UHGV virus genome: UHGV-0038496
DNA: 64,000 nt
Strand: one strand, 5' to 3'
Source: a virus
The notes below the pieces were generated by a model, which ran no database searches, was not told the DNA's origin, and saw only the letters and a list, made by a program, of their open reading frames with translations. Positions 9,376 through 17,637 of the stretch are shown one piece after another (positions within the stretch are counted from its first letter, which is position 1; the number at the start of each line of letters is the position of its first letter). Made by a program: the position numbers and the translations under genes.

Positions 9376-9791
9376 TGCTGCACCTCCGAATTAATACTTT
9401 CGTTGTAGATATCGATCACTTTATCTGGGATCTGGCTCTGTTGCCCTTCAGGAGATGACTGGAACTGCTGTTGTGTAGCCCCACCAAAAGCTCCTGGAGA
9501 GTTCATGGCGTTCTGCATATTAGCCAGCTTCTGCTCAAGCTCCCTGACTTCATAAGCGTGTTCCAGCTTCGTCTGGTTTGCTTGCAGCTTCTGCTCCATC
9601 ATCAACTTATCCCATTTCTGCTCAGTTACAGCGACTCCTTCGTTGTAGGCATTCTGTATCTGGGTGTTGTACCAACTGTGCACTCCAGCGCAGGCTACAA
9701 CCAGTAAGACAGCCGCGATAGTCCATTTTATCACGCGCTTGTATTTTATCAGGAATGCAAGTACTGCTGGCACGAAACCTCCAGAATCCAT
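9372..9791 (-). CDS. putative i-spanin
   Basis: 139 aa; N-terminal transmembrane helix then coiled-coil-like periplasmic region; adjacent to lipoprotein gene. Confidence 0.4.
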   Translation of the reverse strand: MDSGGFVPAVLAFLIKYKRVIKWTIAAVLLVVACAGVHSWYNTQIQNAYNEGVAVTEQKWDKLMMEQKLQANQTKLEHAYEVRELEQKLANMQNAMNSPGAFGGATQQQFQSSPEGQQSQIPDKVIDIYNESINSEVQQ

Positions 9792-9828
9792 AAATAAAAA
9801 AACCCCGTGACCATTTCAGTCAACGGGG
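9792..9828 (-). terminator. rho-independent terminator
   Basis: Hairpin CCCCGTTGACTGAAATGGTCACGGGG followed by TTTTTTTTATTT on minus strand. Confidence 0.6.
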
Positions 9829-9896
9829 CGGGTTAAAACTTATAAACCAATGAAAGGAGATGTATCAATGAAACTGATTACGAACTGAAAACCACC

Positions 9897-10163
9897 TTAG
9901 TTGAACTGAACACGATGAATGATACGGACTGTAACAGCATTTTCATTCATTAGGTAAGCAGAAGTGTCATCATAAATGTAGACCTTCTGTTCACCATCCA
10001 TTACCACAGCAATGATACCTTCCTGATTTGGTTCATAGAAGATAACATCTGTGTTTTTATTCATGTCATAGTATGACTCGCGGAGATACGGTTTCGATGG
10101 GATGTTGGTATCTTCCGGTTCACCTTCTGGCATTACACGTTCTACGATTTTTAATGTATACAT
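9897..10163 (-). CDS. hypothetical protein
   Basis: 88 aa ORF followed by terminator. Confidence 0.45.
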   Translation of the reverse strand: MYTLKIVERVMPEGEPEDTNIPSKPYLRESYYDMNKNTDVIFYEPNQEGIIAVVMDGEQKVYIYDDTSAYLMNENAVTVRIIHRVQFN

Positions 10164-10206
10164 AGTATAAGTTCCTTTAAGTAAGTAGTGTTTTGGTTAA
10201 AAGTGT

Positions 10207-10282
10207 TGGCACCCCGTACAGGACTCGAACCTGTAACCTATGGCTTAGAAGGCCACTGTTCTTCCATTTGAACTAACGGGGC
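10207..10282 (-). tRNA. tRNA-Arg (anticodon TCT)
   Basis: 76 nt cloverleaf on minus strand: acceptor GCCCCGT/ACGGGGT (G1-U72), D stem GTTC/GAAC, anticodon stem GTGGC/GCCAT with loop CTTCTAA, T arm ACAGG-TTCGAGT-CCTGT, encoded CCA. Confidence 0.8.
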
Positions 10283-10351
10283 ACTGTTGAGCGGTGTTTC
10301 CAGTGCTTACCGCCCAAGCACTCTTCTCTCTTCAAGGAGACACAACAACGA

Positions 10352-10699
10352 TTACTGATCGTTGATCGGGATAATCTCTGTAGTAAACGGAGAGAACGGT
10401 GTTGGGGTCGCATCTACAACCGTAGATTCTTCTTCCTCTTCCCCGAACATTTCATCGTACTCTTCCTGCATGGAAGCAGCTTTCTCCAGAACGTATGTTG
10501 CGATGCCCTGACGAATGTTTTCTTTCGTTTTCGGGTTATTCATCATATCGCGGAGAACTTTGTGTGCTTCTGGAATCATTGCAATGAACGCTTCTTTCAT
10601 CTCAATAAGATTTTTATCAAGTTGGATAGCGTTTGATTCCTCTTTCAGAGGTCTGCCCCTGCGACGACGTTTTTTCGCTTTCTCTTTTTTGTCCACCAT
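10352..10699 (-). CDS. hypothetical protein (basic N-terminus, acidic C-terminus; small terminase candidate)
   Basis: 115 aa; KKRRRRGRP basic tract; GGAGG RBS; own promoter; function guessed only. Confidence 0.45.
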   Translation of the reverse strand: MVDKKEKAKKRRRRGRPLKEESNAIQLDKNLIEMKEAFIAMIPEAHKVLRDMMNNPKTKENIRQGIATYVLEKAASMQEEYDEMFGEEEEESTVVDATPTPFSPFTTEIIPINDQ

Positions 10700-10726
10700 A
10701 TAACCTCCAGAACAGTTGATAGGTCG

Positions 10727-10755
10727 AGTTTATCACGTATTCTGGAGATTGTCAA
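10727..10755 (-). promoter_or_regulatory. sigma70-like promoter
   Basis: Minus strand TTGACA-17 nt-TAAACT upstream of gene starting at 10699. Confidence 0.5.
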
Positions 10756-10996
10756 TAGATTGCTGGTCCGTCCCCAGCACTTTCAAGCCCTCTATGGGAT
10801 AGGGGCAAGCCATTACCGCACTCAGGCTCGACCTTATTACAGGTTGCCGGAACCCTACGCGTCCGTAGCCCCCACGTTCCTACCATTTTTCAGTGTGGTG
10901 CACTATCAAGCCCTCTAGGGGGAACACTGTAAGTATAGCGTTTTAACTTAACATTGTCAAGCTAAAAGCCATCAAATTCGTCTCTCATGGCGCTCC

Positions 10997-11239
10997 TTAT
11001 TGCAATACACAGAAGAACAATACATATTTCACATGTCTGCATTCTGGATCCGGGTAAAAATAGAAGATTTTGCTTTTATCTATTTGTGCACCTCCTTCCC
11101 AGAACTCCAATCCGTAACCTGTGTTCTCGCAGGCAATATCGTTTGCAACTTCAAAGGCATCATCAAAGAATCTGTGTTCAGATTCGTGTTCTAAGTAATC
11201 TCCTTCTAAGGATCTGAAAACGAGCTTAACCTTAAACAT
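10997..11239 (-). CDS. hypothetical protein
   Basis: 80 aa ORF in minus-strand block. Confidence 0.4.
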   Translation of the reverse strand: MFKVKLVFRSLEGDYLEHESEHRFFDDAFEVANDIACENTGYGLEFWEGGAQIDKSKIFYFYPDPECRHVKYVLFFCVLQ

Positions 11240-11318
11240 AGCATTTCCTGTAGACCTCTCAAACTAAAATTGTTTACCTCACCTCATGCTTCAATCTTAC
11301 CAAACAAACCGGGTATTG

Positions 11319-11573
11319 TCAACAAATTCTTGCAGCTTTCGCTCTTTCTGCATATTCTCTAATCGCAATCTCTTGAGCGTTATCTGCCAGGTCTTCCAGT
11401 TCATCTTCGAAGTACTCTTCAAGTCCTTCATCTAAATCTGGACACCAACCTTTCTTCCGATCAGCATGAGTTGCAGCCTTGTTAAACTTGTTGCAGTTTT
11501 TAGCAACAGGATTATTCATGATGTACCTCCTTTCGATAAGAAGAATATTAGCATGTTCGGTTGTGTTTGTCAA
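11319..11573 (-). CDS. hypothetical protein
   Basis: 84 aa ORF; acidic. Confidence 0.4.
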   Translation of the reverse strand: MTNTTEHANILLIERRYIMNNPVAKNCNKFNKAATHADRKKGWCPDLDEGLEEYFEDELEDLADNAQEIAIREYAERAKAARIC

Positions 11574-11577
11574 TCAT

Positions 11578-11910
11578 CTAAACCAGGTACTCAATAAAAT
11601 TGTACACCTGTTGCAAATCTTTATCGCCTCTGAAAACCGTATCTATCTCTTCGTCTAAGCACATCGGGTCTTCATGTGCGTCTTCTTTTGCCTGGTCAAT
11701 TGCCTGCTGGTATTTTTCAATATACTCATCCCTTCTCCTGCTGCTCAGTCCGAGGTAGATGAGATGGTCCATTCCTCTACCAGATACAGAAAGATAGATG
11801 GATGGGTCTTCAGGGTCATTCTGATGGCGAGGGTTTGGTATGCAACATACATCACACCCCTCACGGATGAATGCCAGTGCCATATCGTGTACTGTTTCTT
11901 GACTAATCAT
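11578..11910 (-). CDS. hypothetical protein
   Basis: Start moved to internal ATG (MISQETV...) preceded by GGAGGA; longer track ORF would overlap divergent promoter region. Confidence 0.45.
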   Translation of the reverse strand: MISQETVHDMALAFIREGCDVCCIPNPRHQNDPEDPSIYLSVSGRGMDHLIYLGLSSRRRDEYIEKYQQAIDQAKEDAHEDPMCLDEEIDTVFRGDKDLQQVYNFIEYLV

Positions 11911-12037
11911 GTTGTGCGTCCTCCATTTATCCGCTTGTGGGCGAACGATAACATATTCTGATCTCGTTGTCAATACTATTTTATTCTTGACTCCTACAAC
12001 GAGGTGTGGTATGTTTTGCACATAGGAGGAAACCACC

Positions 12038-12196
12038 ATGAGAAGAATCGTTTTCTACAGCGTTCAAACGTTCTGTGACGAAGAGAAGGTGTACATGCTC
12101 CCAATCCTGAGGGCGTACCCACAAATTCGCTGTAGCGTTCTTTTTATGACGTTTAAAGATGCATTACTCCTGATGATTGAAGCTGATAACAAGTGA
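12038..12196 (+). CDS. hypothetical small protein
   Basis: 52 aa ORF below track cutoff; AGGAGG RBS; TTGACT-17-TATGTT promoter upstream. Confidence 0.4.
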   Translation: MRRIVFYSVQTFCDEEKVYMLPILRAYPQIRCSVLFMTFKDALLLMIEADNK

Positions 12197-12204
12197 GGTG
12201 GCAC

Positions 12205-12324
12205 ATGCGTGGCGTTGAATACGTTGTTTATCGTTACTACTATAAAGAGGCACTTCTGAACAAACATTATGATGATGCAAGGAGATTCTTCGAGCAGATG
12301 ATAAAAGCATTACGTGATGAGTAA
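12205..12324 (+). CDS. hypothetical small protein
   Basis: 39 aa ORF with GAGGTGG RBS. Confidence 0.3.
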   Translation: MRGVEYVVYRYYYKEALLNKHYDDARRFFEQMIKALRDE

Positions 12325-12327
12325 ACA

Positions 12328-12356
12328 TTGACAGCAGGCCTTGTGCCTGCTATACT
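12328..12356 (+). promoter_or_regulatory. sigma70-like promoter
   Basis: TTGACA-17-TATACT; spacer GCAGGCCTTGTGCCTGC is itself palindromic. Confidence 0.55.
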
Positions 12357-12384
12357 CTGTTAAAAACAGAAGAAGGTAACAGAG

Positions 12385-13062
12385 ATGGCAGAACAAGAGA
12401 TCAAAGCAAGTGTACTGGAGAACTGGTTCAACAAAAACATCTGCTTTGGCAATGATGATTGCTACCGGAAGGTTGACAACCTGTTTGCTGTGTGGGTGAA
12501 AAATCCTGATGCTGTGACCAACAGGAAAGATTTCGATAAGCGAAGAATCCCTGAGGCGGGTAGTGTGTGGGCAGAAAAAAGCTGCCTGTTTCTGACCAAC
12601 ATTGATAAGGCAGTACTGAGTCATCTTGCTGACCAGAACAGAATCCAGTTCAAGTGCTACCAGATTCGTAAGCAGACAAGCTACGAAGATATGCACAGGA
12701 ACAACTGGTGCGGTGATTCCACACATGTGATCGCCATGGAAGCAGGGTTGCCGTACGACAAGAACCACAACAGGAACCGGAAGGTGGCAGAGAGTATCAA
12801 ATTCCTAGAGTCAATCGGCCTTGTGATTAGCAAACCACATGCACGGAGATTAGCGACTATTGATGAAATATCCACACACGAAGACGTGGAATATTTTCTT
12901 CTGCACCCTTCTAAAGACAGAACTTTAAGATCTGTTTTCAGCAGCAGAGCAGGTTTCCTGAAATGGGTAGAAGAAAACAGAGGTTGTGGATACAGCCAGT
13001 TACCTTACCAAGAGCATCATATTGACACGGATGTTCTCTTGTGGTATCCTTGTTACGATTAA
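12385..13062 (+). CDS. hypothetical protein
   Basis: 225 aa ORF after strong promoter. Confidence 0.5.
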   Translation: MAEQEIKASVLENWFNKNICFGNDDCYRKVDNLFAVWVKNPDAVTNRKDFDKRRIPEAGSVWAEKSCLFLTNIDKAVLSHLADQNRIQFKCYQIRKQTSYEDMHRNNWCGDSTHVIAMEAGLPYDKNHNRNRKVAESIKFLESIGLVISKPHARRLATIDEISTHEDVEYFLLHPSKDRTLRSVFSSRAGFLKWVEENRGCGYSQLPYQEHHIDTDVLLWYPCYD

Positions 13063-13079
13063 AAACAGGAGATGGGCTT

Positions 13080-13478
13080 ATGACAAATTTAGGGCAGTAC
13101 CACAAAATCTACTGGGAGATGACAGAGATAAAATACATCAGAAACAAGAAAGATGGTGGAGTAATCAGAGTAAAATCTGCACACATTTTAATCTACTCAT
13201 ACCTCCGTAGCTGTTTTGAAAAATATCTCAAAGCTATCAAGTTACGCAAAAACCAAGGTATGAAGGTTGTTCGGGCAGAGTTATGTGAGAAAGCAATGGT
13301 TGACAAATCTGTAGTCTGCAAAACTCTTAACGACCTTTCAGATGCTGGGTTGATATCTTTAATGAGTAACTCTGGTAAAAGGGGGTACGTATTCAATTTT
13401 GTAGCGGATGTTGAGTCTTTCTACAAAGCAGCAGTTGATGAGGATGGAGAGTCTATCTATGCAGTGGATACAGAGTGA
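13080..13478 (+). CDS. hypothetical protein (possible winged-helix DNA-binding protein)
   Basis: Start at ATG after ACAGGAG; immediately upstream of iteron array; DNA-binding call is tentative. Confidence 0.4.
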   Translation: MTNLGQYHKIYWEMTEIKYIRNKKDGGVIRVKSAHILIYSYLRSCFEKYLKAIKLRKNQGMKVVRAELCEKAMVDKSVVCKTLNDLSDAGLISLMSNSGKRGYVFNFVADVESFYKAAVDEDGESIYAVDTE

Positions 13479-13514
13479 TTATGACTGGTGCATTTTTGGC
13501 GGTTATAACCTCTC

Positions 13515-13640
13515 ATCAGTATGGAAACCATACCGTTTATCGGTATGGAAACCATTCATTATCGGTATGGAAACCGAAGAAAAAAGTGCGGTTTTATTTT
13601 TAAGAATATACCGATAAGAGGCGGTTTTCATACCAATAAG
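13515..13640. repeat. iteron array (3 direct 23-bp-period repeats ATC(A/G)GTATGGAAACC plus inverted partial copies)
   Basis: Direct repeats at 13515, 13538, 13561; inverted GGTTTTCATACC and repeated ATAAGAGG nearby. Confidence 0.6.
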
Positions 13641-13702
13641 AGGTGGAAATCGCCTAAAAACTCCAGAATTATCTTTATAAATCCTAGGGTTAAGTGCTGA
13701 CA

Positions 13703-13716
13703 GATCAGATCAGATC
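13703..13716. promoter_or_regulatory. cluster of three GATC sites
   Basis: CAGATCAGATCAGATCAG; three GATC within 14 bp next to iterons and AT-rich tract. Confidence 0.4.
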
Positions 13717-14391
13717 AGGGATAGTAACTTCGTTAGCATTCCCTCTAACTCGTTACTATGTAGTACTAAGCTCGTACTCTCGCTTACTACCGTAAGCTCG
13801 GTACTCACTAAGTACTACCATAAGCAATGTCTTGCTTAATTAATTTATCAATTAATTTTATCAGTACAAAATCAATCAATAAATTAATTAATCAATCCAT
13901 TGATACCACTAAGTTCGTTCCTCACTAAGTGGTATACATGCTGATAGCATTCCCTCTATCAGATGATACTAAGTTCACACTTCGTATCCACTCGTGTTCA
14001 CTAAGTATCATTGATCCATTATTGCTCAAATTTATTTTTTCTTTTCCCACAAATATGGCGCTCCTTTTACCGCTCGCTCGCGCTCGGCGGGTCGCGCCTG
14101 ATCATCGTCTGCTATCAACAAGTGGGCCTGTGGCAACAGAGCTGCCTGAGTTGTGTGGGAAGATCACCGACCGTAAGGGAGGTGCTAATGTGGGGATGAC
14201 GGTGAAAAGCGAAGCTGCCGAGAGGAACCGTCGAATTGTCTGCGCCGCCGCTTCAACCATACCCAGATACCAGAAATCAGTTTTGAGGCCTCTGGTAGCT
14301 TCTGTGGTTAGCTAATAGTGCCTGATGGCTACAGTTGCATTACTAAACTATCAACATCGTTACAGAGCGTTTGAGAGCGTTTAAATTAGTA

Positions 14392-14420
14392 TTGACAGCA
14401 GATGAAAATTATGTTATTGT
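14392..14420 (+). promoter_or_regulatory. sigma70-like promoter
   Basis: TTGACA-17-TATTGT upstream of 14462 gene. Confidence 0.45.
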
Positions 14421-14461
14421 TCGCCTACTGGTAAAAGTATGCATGAGAAGAGAGGTGCTAC

Positions 14462-14935
14462 ATGCAAGACGGTCGTAAAATGCGTGAAGAGAAAATGCTG
14501 ATCGTTCAGCTTATCCCTAAACCGTTGTGGGGAGTAGCAGGACGTGAAGCTATTGGTCGTAGCTTGTGGGATAAAGCTCGTAAACGCTGCTATAAAGAAG
14601 CAGAGTACAGATGCGAAGTCTGCGGTGGTAAAGGGCCTAAACACCCTGTGGAAGCCCATGAGTTGTATCTGTTTGAAGATCACAAGATCACCTGTGTGGG
14701 GCTGATCGCATTATGCCCAGACTGCCATATGAGCGTGCATCCTGGACGCTGCAACTGCCTCGGCAGAGATGTTTACCTCAAGGCAAGAAAGCATTTTGCT
14801 GACGTAAACTGGTTGACAGAACAGCAGGCACAGGAGTATTATGAAGAGTGTTTCGAAGAGTGGAGAGAACTAAGCAAGATCAAGATCTGGGAAACTGATT
14901 TTTCATGGTTGGAGAATTACGCAAAAGGTAACTAA
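14462..14935 (+). CDS. zinc-finger protein (CxxC...CxxC-H)
   Basis: 157 aa; CEVCGG and CPDCH pairs; AGAGAGG RBS. Confidence 0.45.
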   Translation: MQDGRKMREEKMLIVQLIPKPLWGVAGREAIGRSLWDKARKRCYKEAEYRCEVCGGKGPKHPVEAHELYLFEDHKITCVGLIALCPDCHMSVHPGRCNCLGRDVYLKARKHFADVNWLTEQQAQEYYEECFEEWRELSKIKIWETDFSWLENYAKGN

Positions 14936-14936
14936 G

Positions 14937-15215
14937 ATGAAACTGAAAGATCTCGAAGGAGACTTCGTGTTCGGTGGACAATTCGCTGCGCTGAAGGGCA
15001 TTGTTCAGGATATTGAACACAAGTTTGATGAAAAATTGTACTTTGATACCTGTGTGGTGAATGGTAGTAACTGGCGTAATGTCTGTGTAGGCCTGCACGG
15101 TGATCGTAACTTGATCAACCTTGTGGTGATCCGATTTATCAGCTGGCAACATATGAATGTACGTTACGATGATTGCCACTTGTTAGTTTACCCTGTTGAG
15201 GAGTTACCGGAATGA
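14937..15215 (+). CDS. hypothetical protein
   Basis: 92 aa ORF, tightly packed operon. Confidence 0.45.
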   Translation: MKLKDLEGDFVFGGQFAALKGIVQDIEHKFDEKLYFDTCVVNGSNWRNVCVGLHGDRNLINLVVIRFISWQHMNVRYDDCHLLVYPVEELPE

Positions 15216-15481
15216 AATTTGAACTGATTAAACCGATTGAAGCACACCAGTTTGATGGATCAAGCACAAGCGTGTCTGAATTGCAACACTGGCATGATAC
15301 TGAGGTGTTTGTTCGTCATGCTGTACGGACGAGAGATATCCGACCACAAGCCCTCATCTATGACGATTTTGGTGGGTATGTCCTCCATCGTGGTGACTGG
15401 TTGGTGAATTTCTTCGGGGATTTTTTGGTGATGAGCGATGAATCGATGCACCAGATATTCAAGGAGGTGGAAGATGCCTAA
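15212..15481 (+). CDS. hypothetical protein
   Basis: 89 aa ORF, overlapping start/stop with neighbours. Confidence 0.45.
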   Translation: MKFELIKPIEAHQFDGSSTSVSELQHWHDTEVFVRHAVRTRDIRPQALIYDDFGGYVLHRGDWLVNFFGDFLVMSDESMHQIFKEVEDA

Positions 15482-15767
15482 GGCAAAACAGCCGAAGAAA
15501 GCGCCTTTTGATAAAACAGCTTTTGTGTTTGATACCCCGCTCGATGATATTATTGCTGGTATGCAGAAGCTGTACCGAAAAGCAGAAGAGGAGAAGCTGA
15601 CAGAGAGTGAGCTGTATTGGCTTGGCTGGTGGGAACTAAATCTTCCGATAGCACAAGCCTACGGTCTGAAAACAGTCAAAACATGTGCCCAGGAGAACGC
15701 TGCTCTCGATATCTACCACAAACGCCGCAGAGCTACGAAGAAAGTGGCAAGGAAATCTGCAAAATAG
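15474..15767 (+). CDS. hypothetical basic protein
   Basis: Start at ATG after AAGGAGGTGG; Lys/Arg-rich termini. Confidence 0.45.
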   Translation: MPKAKQPKKAPFDKTAFVFDTPLDDIIAGMQKLYRKAEEEKLTESELYWLGWWELNLPIAQAYGLKTVKTCAQENAALDIYHKRRRATKKVARKSAK

Positions 15768-15784
15768 GGAGAAGGGGTGTATAG

Positions 15785-15982
15785 ATGTTTGTAAAATGTA
15801 CGAAAACACCAGCAATAGGTGATTACCTGTTCTCAACAGGTGGTGTTTACTACGCTTACCTCGAAGGTTGGGACTTAATGGTGGATTCACCCAATGGTGG
15901 TCTGGCGATCCGGTTGATAGATCTCGTGGTCGCCGGATACGAGTTCGAGGAAGAAAACGGTGCAGCTTGCCCGGAGGAGTAA
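15785..15982 (+). CDS. hypothetical protein
   Basis: 65 aa ORF with GGGAGAAGGGG upstream. Confidence 0.4.
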   Translation: MFVKCTKTPAIGDYLFSTGGVYYAYLEGWDLMVDSPNGGLAIRLIDLVVAGYEFEEENGAACPEE

Positions 15983-16060
15983 TCCTCCGGGCTATTTCCA
16001 CTTGACAATGCATGGATGTTTTGGGTATAATTGATAATCACACAGAATAAGGAGAGTAGC

Positions 16061-16345
16061 ATGTACACGTATAGAGTTCACCACCTTGAATCTGATGATA
16101 TTAAAGAGATTTCTCATGGCCTGAGCACTATGGTAATAGCTCTGAAGCGCAAGAAAGGTCTGCATGAGGTTTACATCCAGCCGAACGATGTTCTCCAGCT
16201 GGGAGATATGAAAGGGGTTAAAGTGAACCAGGTGGCAGGTGTGGATCAGAAAAGGTTTGTGAAAGGAAGCAAATGGAACGTAGTCTTCTTGTGTGCAACA
16301 AGTGAAGAAGCGTTGTACTACACAGTGACAGAATTTTGGTATTAA
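16061..16345 (+). CDS. hypothetical protein
   Basis: Start at ATG after AAGGAGAG. Confidence 0.45.
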   Translation: MYTYRVHHLESDDIKEISHGLSTMVIALKRKKGLHEVYIQPNDVLQLGDMKGVKVNQVAGVDQKRFVKGSKWNVVFLCATSEEALYYTVTEFWY

Positions 16346-16359
16346 CAGGAGCACCACGC

Positions 16360-17637
16360 ATGAATCAAGTAAAAACAACCCTCTATGCACTCAACCGTGA
16401 CGGAAGCGTACAGCGGTGGAAAGTGTTTACAGAGGGTGAAAAAGTAATAGTTGAGTTCGGTAAGAAAGACGGTAAAATGCAGTACAAGGAGACGATCTGC
16501 AAAGCTAAAAACGTAGGCCGTGCCAATGAGACTACTCCAGAGCAACAGGCCGTTCTGGAAGCAACCAGTAAGTGGGAGAAGCAAGTTCGCCTGGGTTATG
16601 TTGAAGATGAAAGCAATCTTGTGGTGGAAGAAAATCTGATTCCGATGCTGGTCCATGATTACCTGAAACGCGGTAAATCACTTATTCTGCCGTGCTGGGG
16701 ATCACACAAGCTGGATGGTCTGCGGCTGCTGGTAAACTTCGAAGGGGATACTCCTGTGTTTATCTCACGCGGTAACAAATCGTATCCTATCGAAGGGGAC
16801 ATTATCAAACAACTTAAACAGCTCCGTATCCGCACTGGATTCAGCCGTTTTGACGGTGAGATTTACATTCATGGTCTGCCGTTGCAGAAAATAGTGTCTC
16901 TGGCGAAACGCTGGCGCACACAGGAAGAAATTCAGGCCGAGATCGATAAAGACTATGCCGCCGACATAAAACGCCGTCAGGCAGCGATTAAGGCAGGAAA
17001 ACCGACGTATCTGAACTTCAACAAAGAAGAGTTTCCTGTTGAAGTCGAACCTGTGCGTGATGACATGCGTTACGGTGGTTACTCAAGCTACGATCTGCAA
17101 TACCACATCTTCGATATTCCGAGTAACAAAGTATGGTGGGATCCTGAAACAGAGCAAGGGCGTTGTGCAGATCTTCTTGGCATCAAAGATTTCATTGAAG
17201 ATCTTGACCACATCTTCACTGCTGAGCCGGAACTGTTCCACACGGTTGAAGAGTGTGAAGAATCGGTGGGACGCTACATGGCTGAAGGTTATGAAGGTAC
17301 AGTACTGCGTAATTTCTGTGGTGAATATGAATACGGTCAACGTTCATGTAATGCTTTGAAATGGAAGAAATTTAACACGGATGAGGCCAAAGTTGTCGGT
17401 GCTGAAGAAGATAAAAACGGTGAAGGTGTATTGATTTGCCAGCTGAAAAATGGTAAAGTATTTAAGTGCAAAATGAAAGGCACACATGGTGAACGGTTGT
17501 ACTGGAGGATGGCTAATCTGAAAGGTAAATTTATCACGTTTAAGTACCAGGCTCTCACAGAAGACGGTCTTCCTAGTTTCCCTACAGGTATAGCGGTACG
17601 GGATGTAGACCCAATTACCTGGGAGGTTTTAGAATGA
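16360..17637 (+). CDS. ATP-dependent DNA ligase
   Basis: 425 aa; adenylation motif I KxDG (SHKLDGLR) and downstream nucleotidyltransferase-like motifs; ACAGGAG RBS. Confidence 0.7.
   Translation: MNQVKTTLYALNRDGSVQRWKVFTEGEKVIVEFGKKDGKMQYKETICKAKNVGRANETTPEQQAVLEATSKWEKQVRLGYVEDESNLVVEENLIPMLVHDYLKRGKSLILPCWGSHKLDGLRLLVNFEGDTPVFISRGNKSYPIEGDIIKQLKQLRIRTGFSRFDGEIYIHGLPLQKIVSLAKRWRTQEEIQAEIDKDYAADIKRRQAAIKAGKPTYLNFNKEEFPVEVEPVRDDMRYGGYSSYDLQYHIFDIPSNKVWWDPETEQGRCADLLGIKDFIEDLDHIFTAEPELFHTVEECEESVGRYMAEGYEGTVLRNFCGEYEYGQRSCNALKWKKFNTDEAKVVGAEEDKNGEGVLICQLKNGKVFKCKMKGTHGERLYWRMANLKGKFITFKYQALTEDGLPSFPTGIAVRDVDPITWEVLE

Noticed and set aside
12064-12267. 67-aa minus-strand ORF in the divergent promoter region
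   Set aside because: Overlaps two plus-strand small ORFs that have strong ribosome-binding sites and a TTGACT-17-TATGTT promoter; the minus ORF has neither
13515-13640. Possible CRISPR array
   Set aside because: Only three short direct repeats with 8-nt spacers, no Cas genes, phage context; interpreted as iterons
13929-14315. 128-aa ORF across the GC-rich island
   Set aside because: No ribosome-binding site, Ala/Arg/Leu-rich translation typical of a GC-rich frame, alternative frames equally open; more likely non-coding (kept as a finding)
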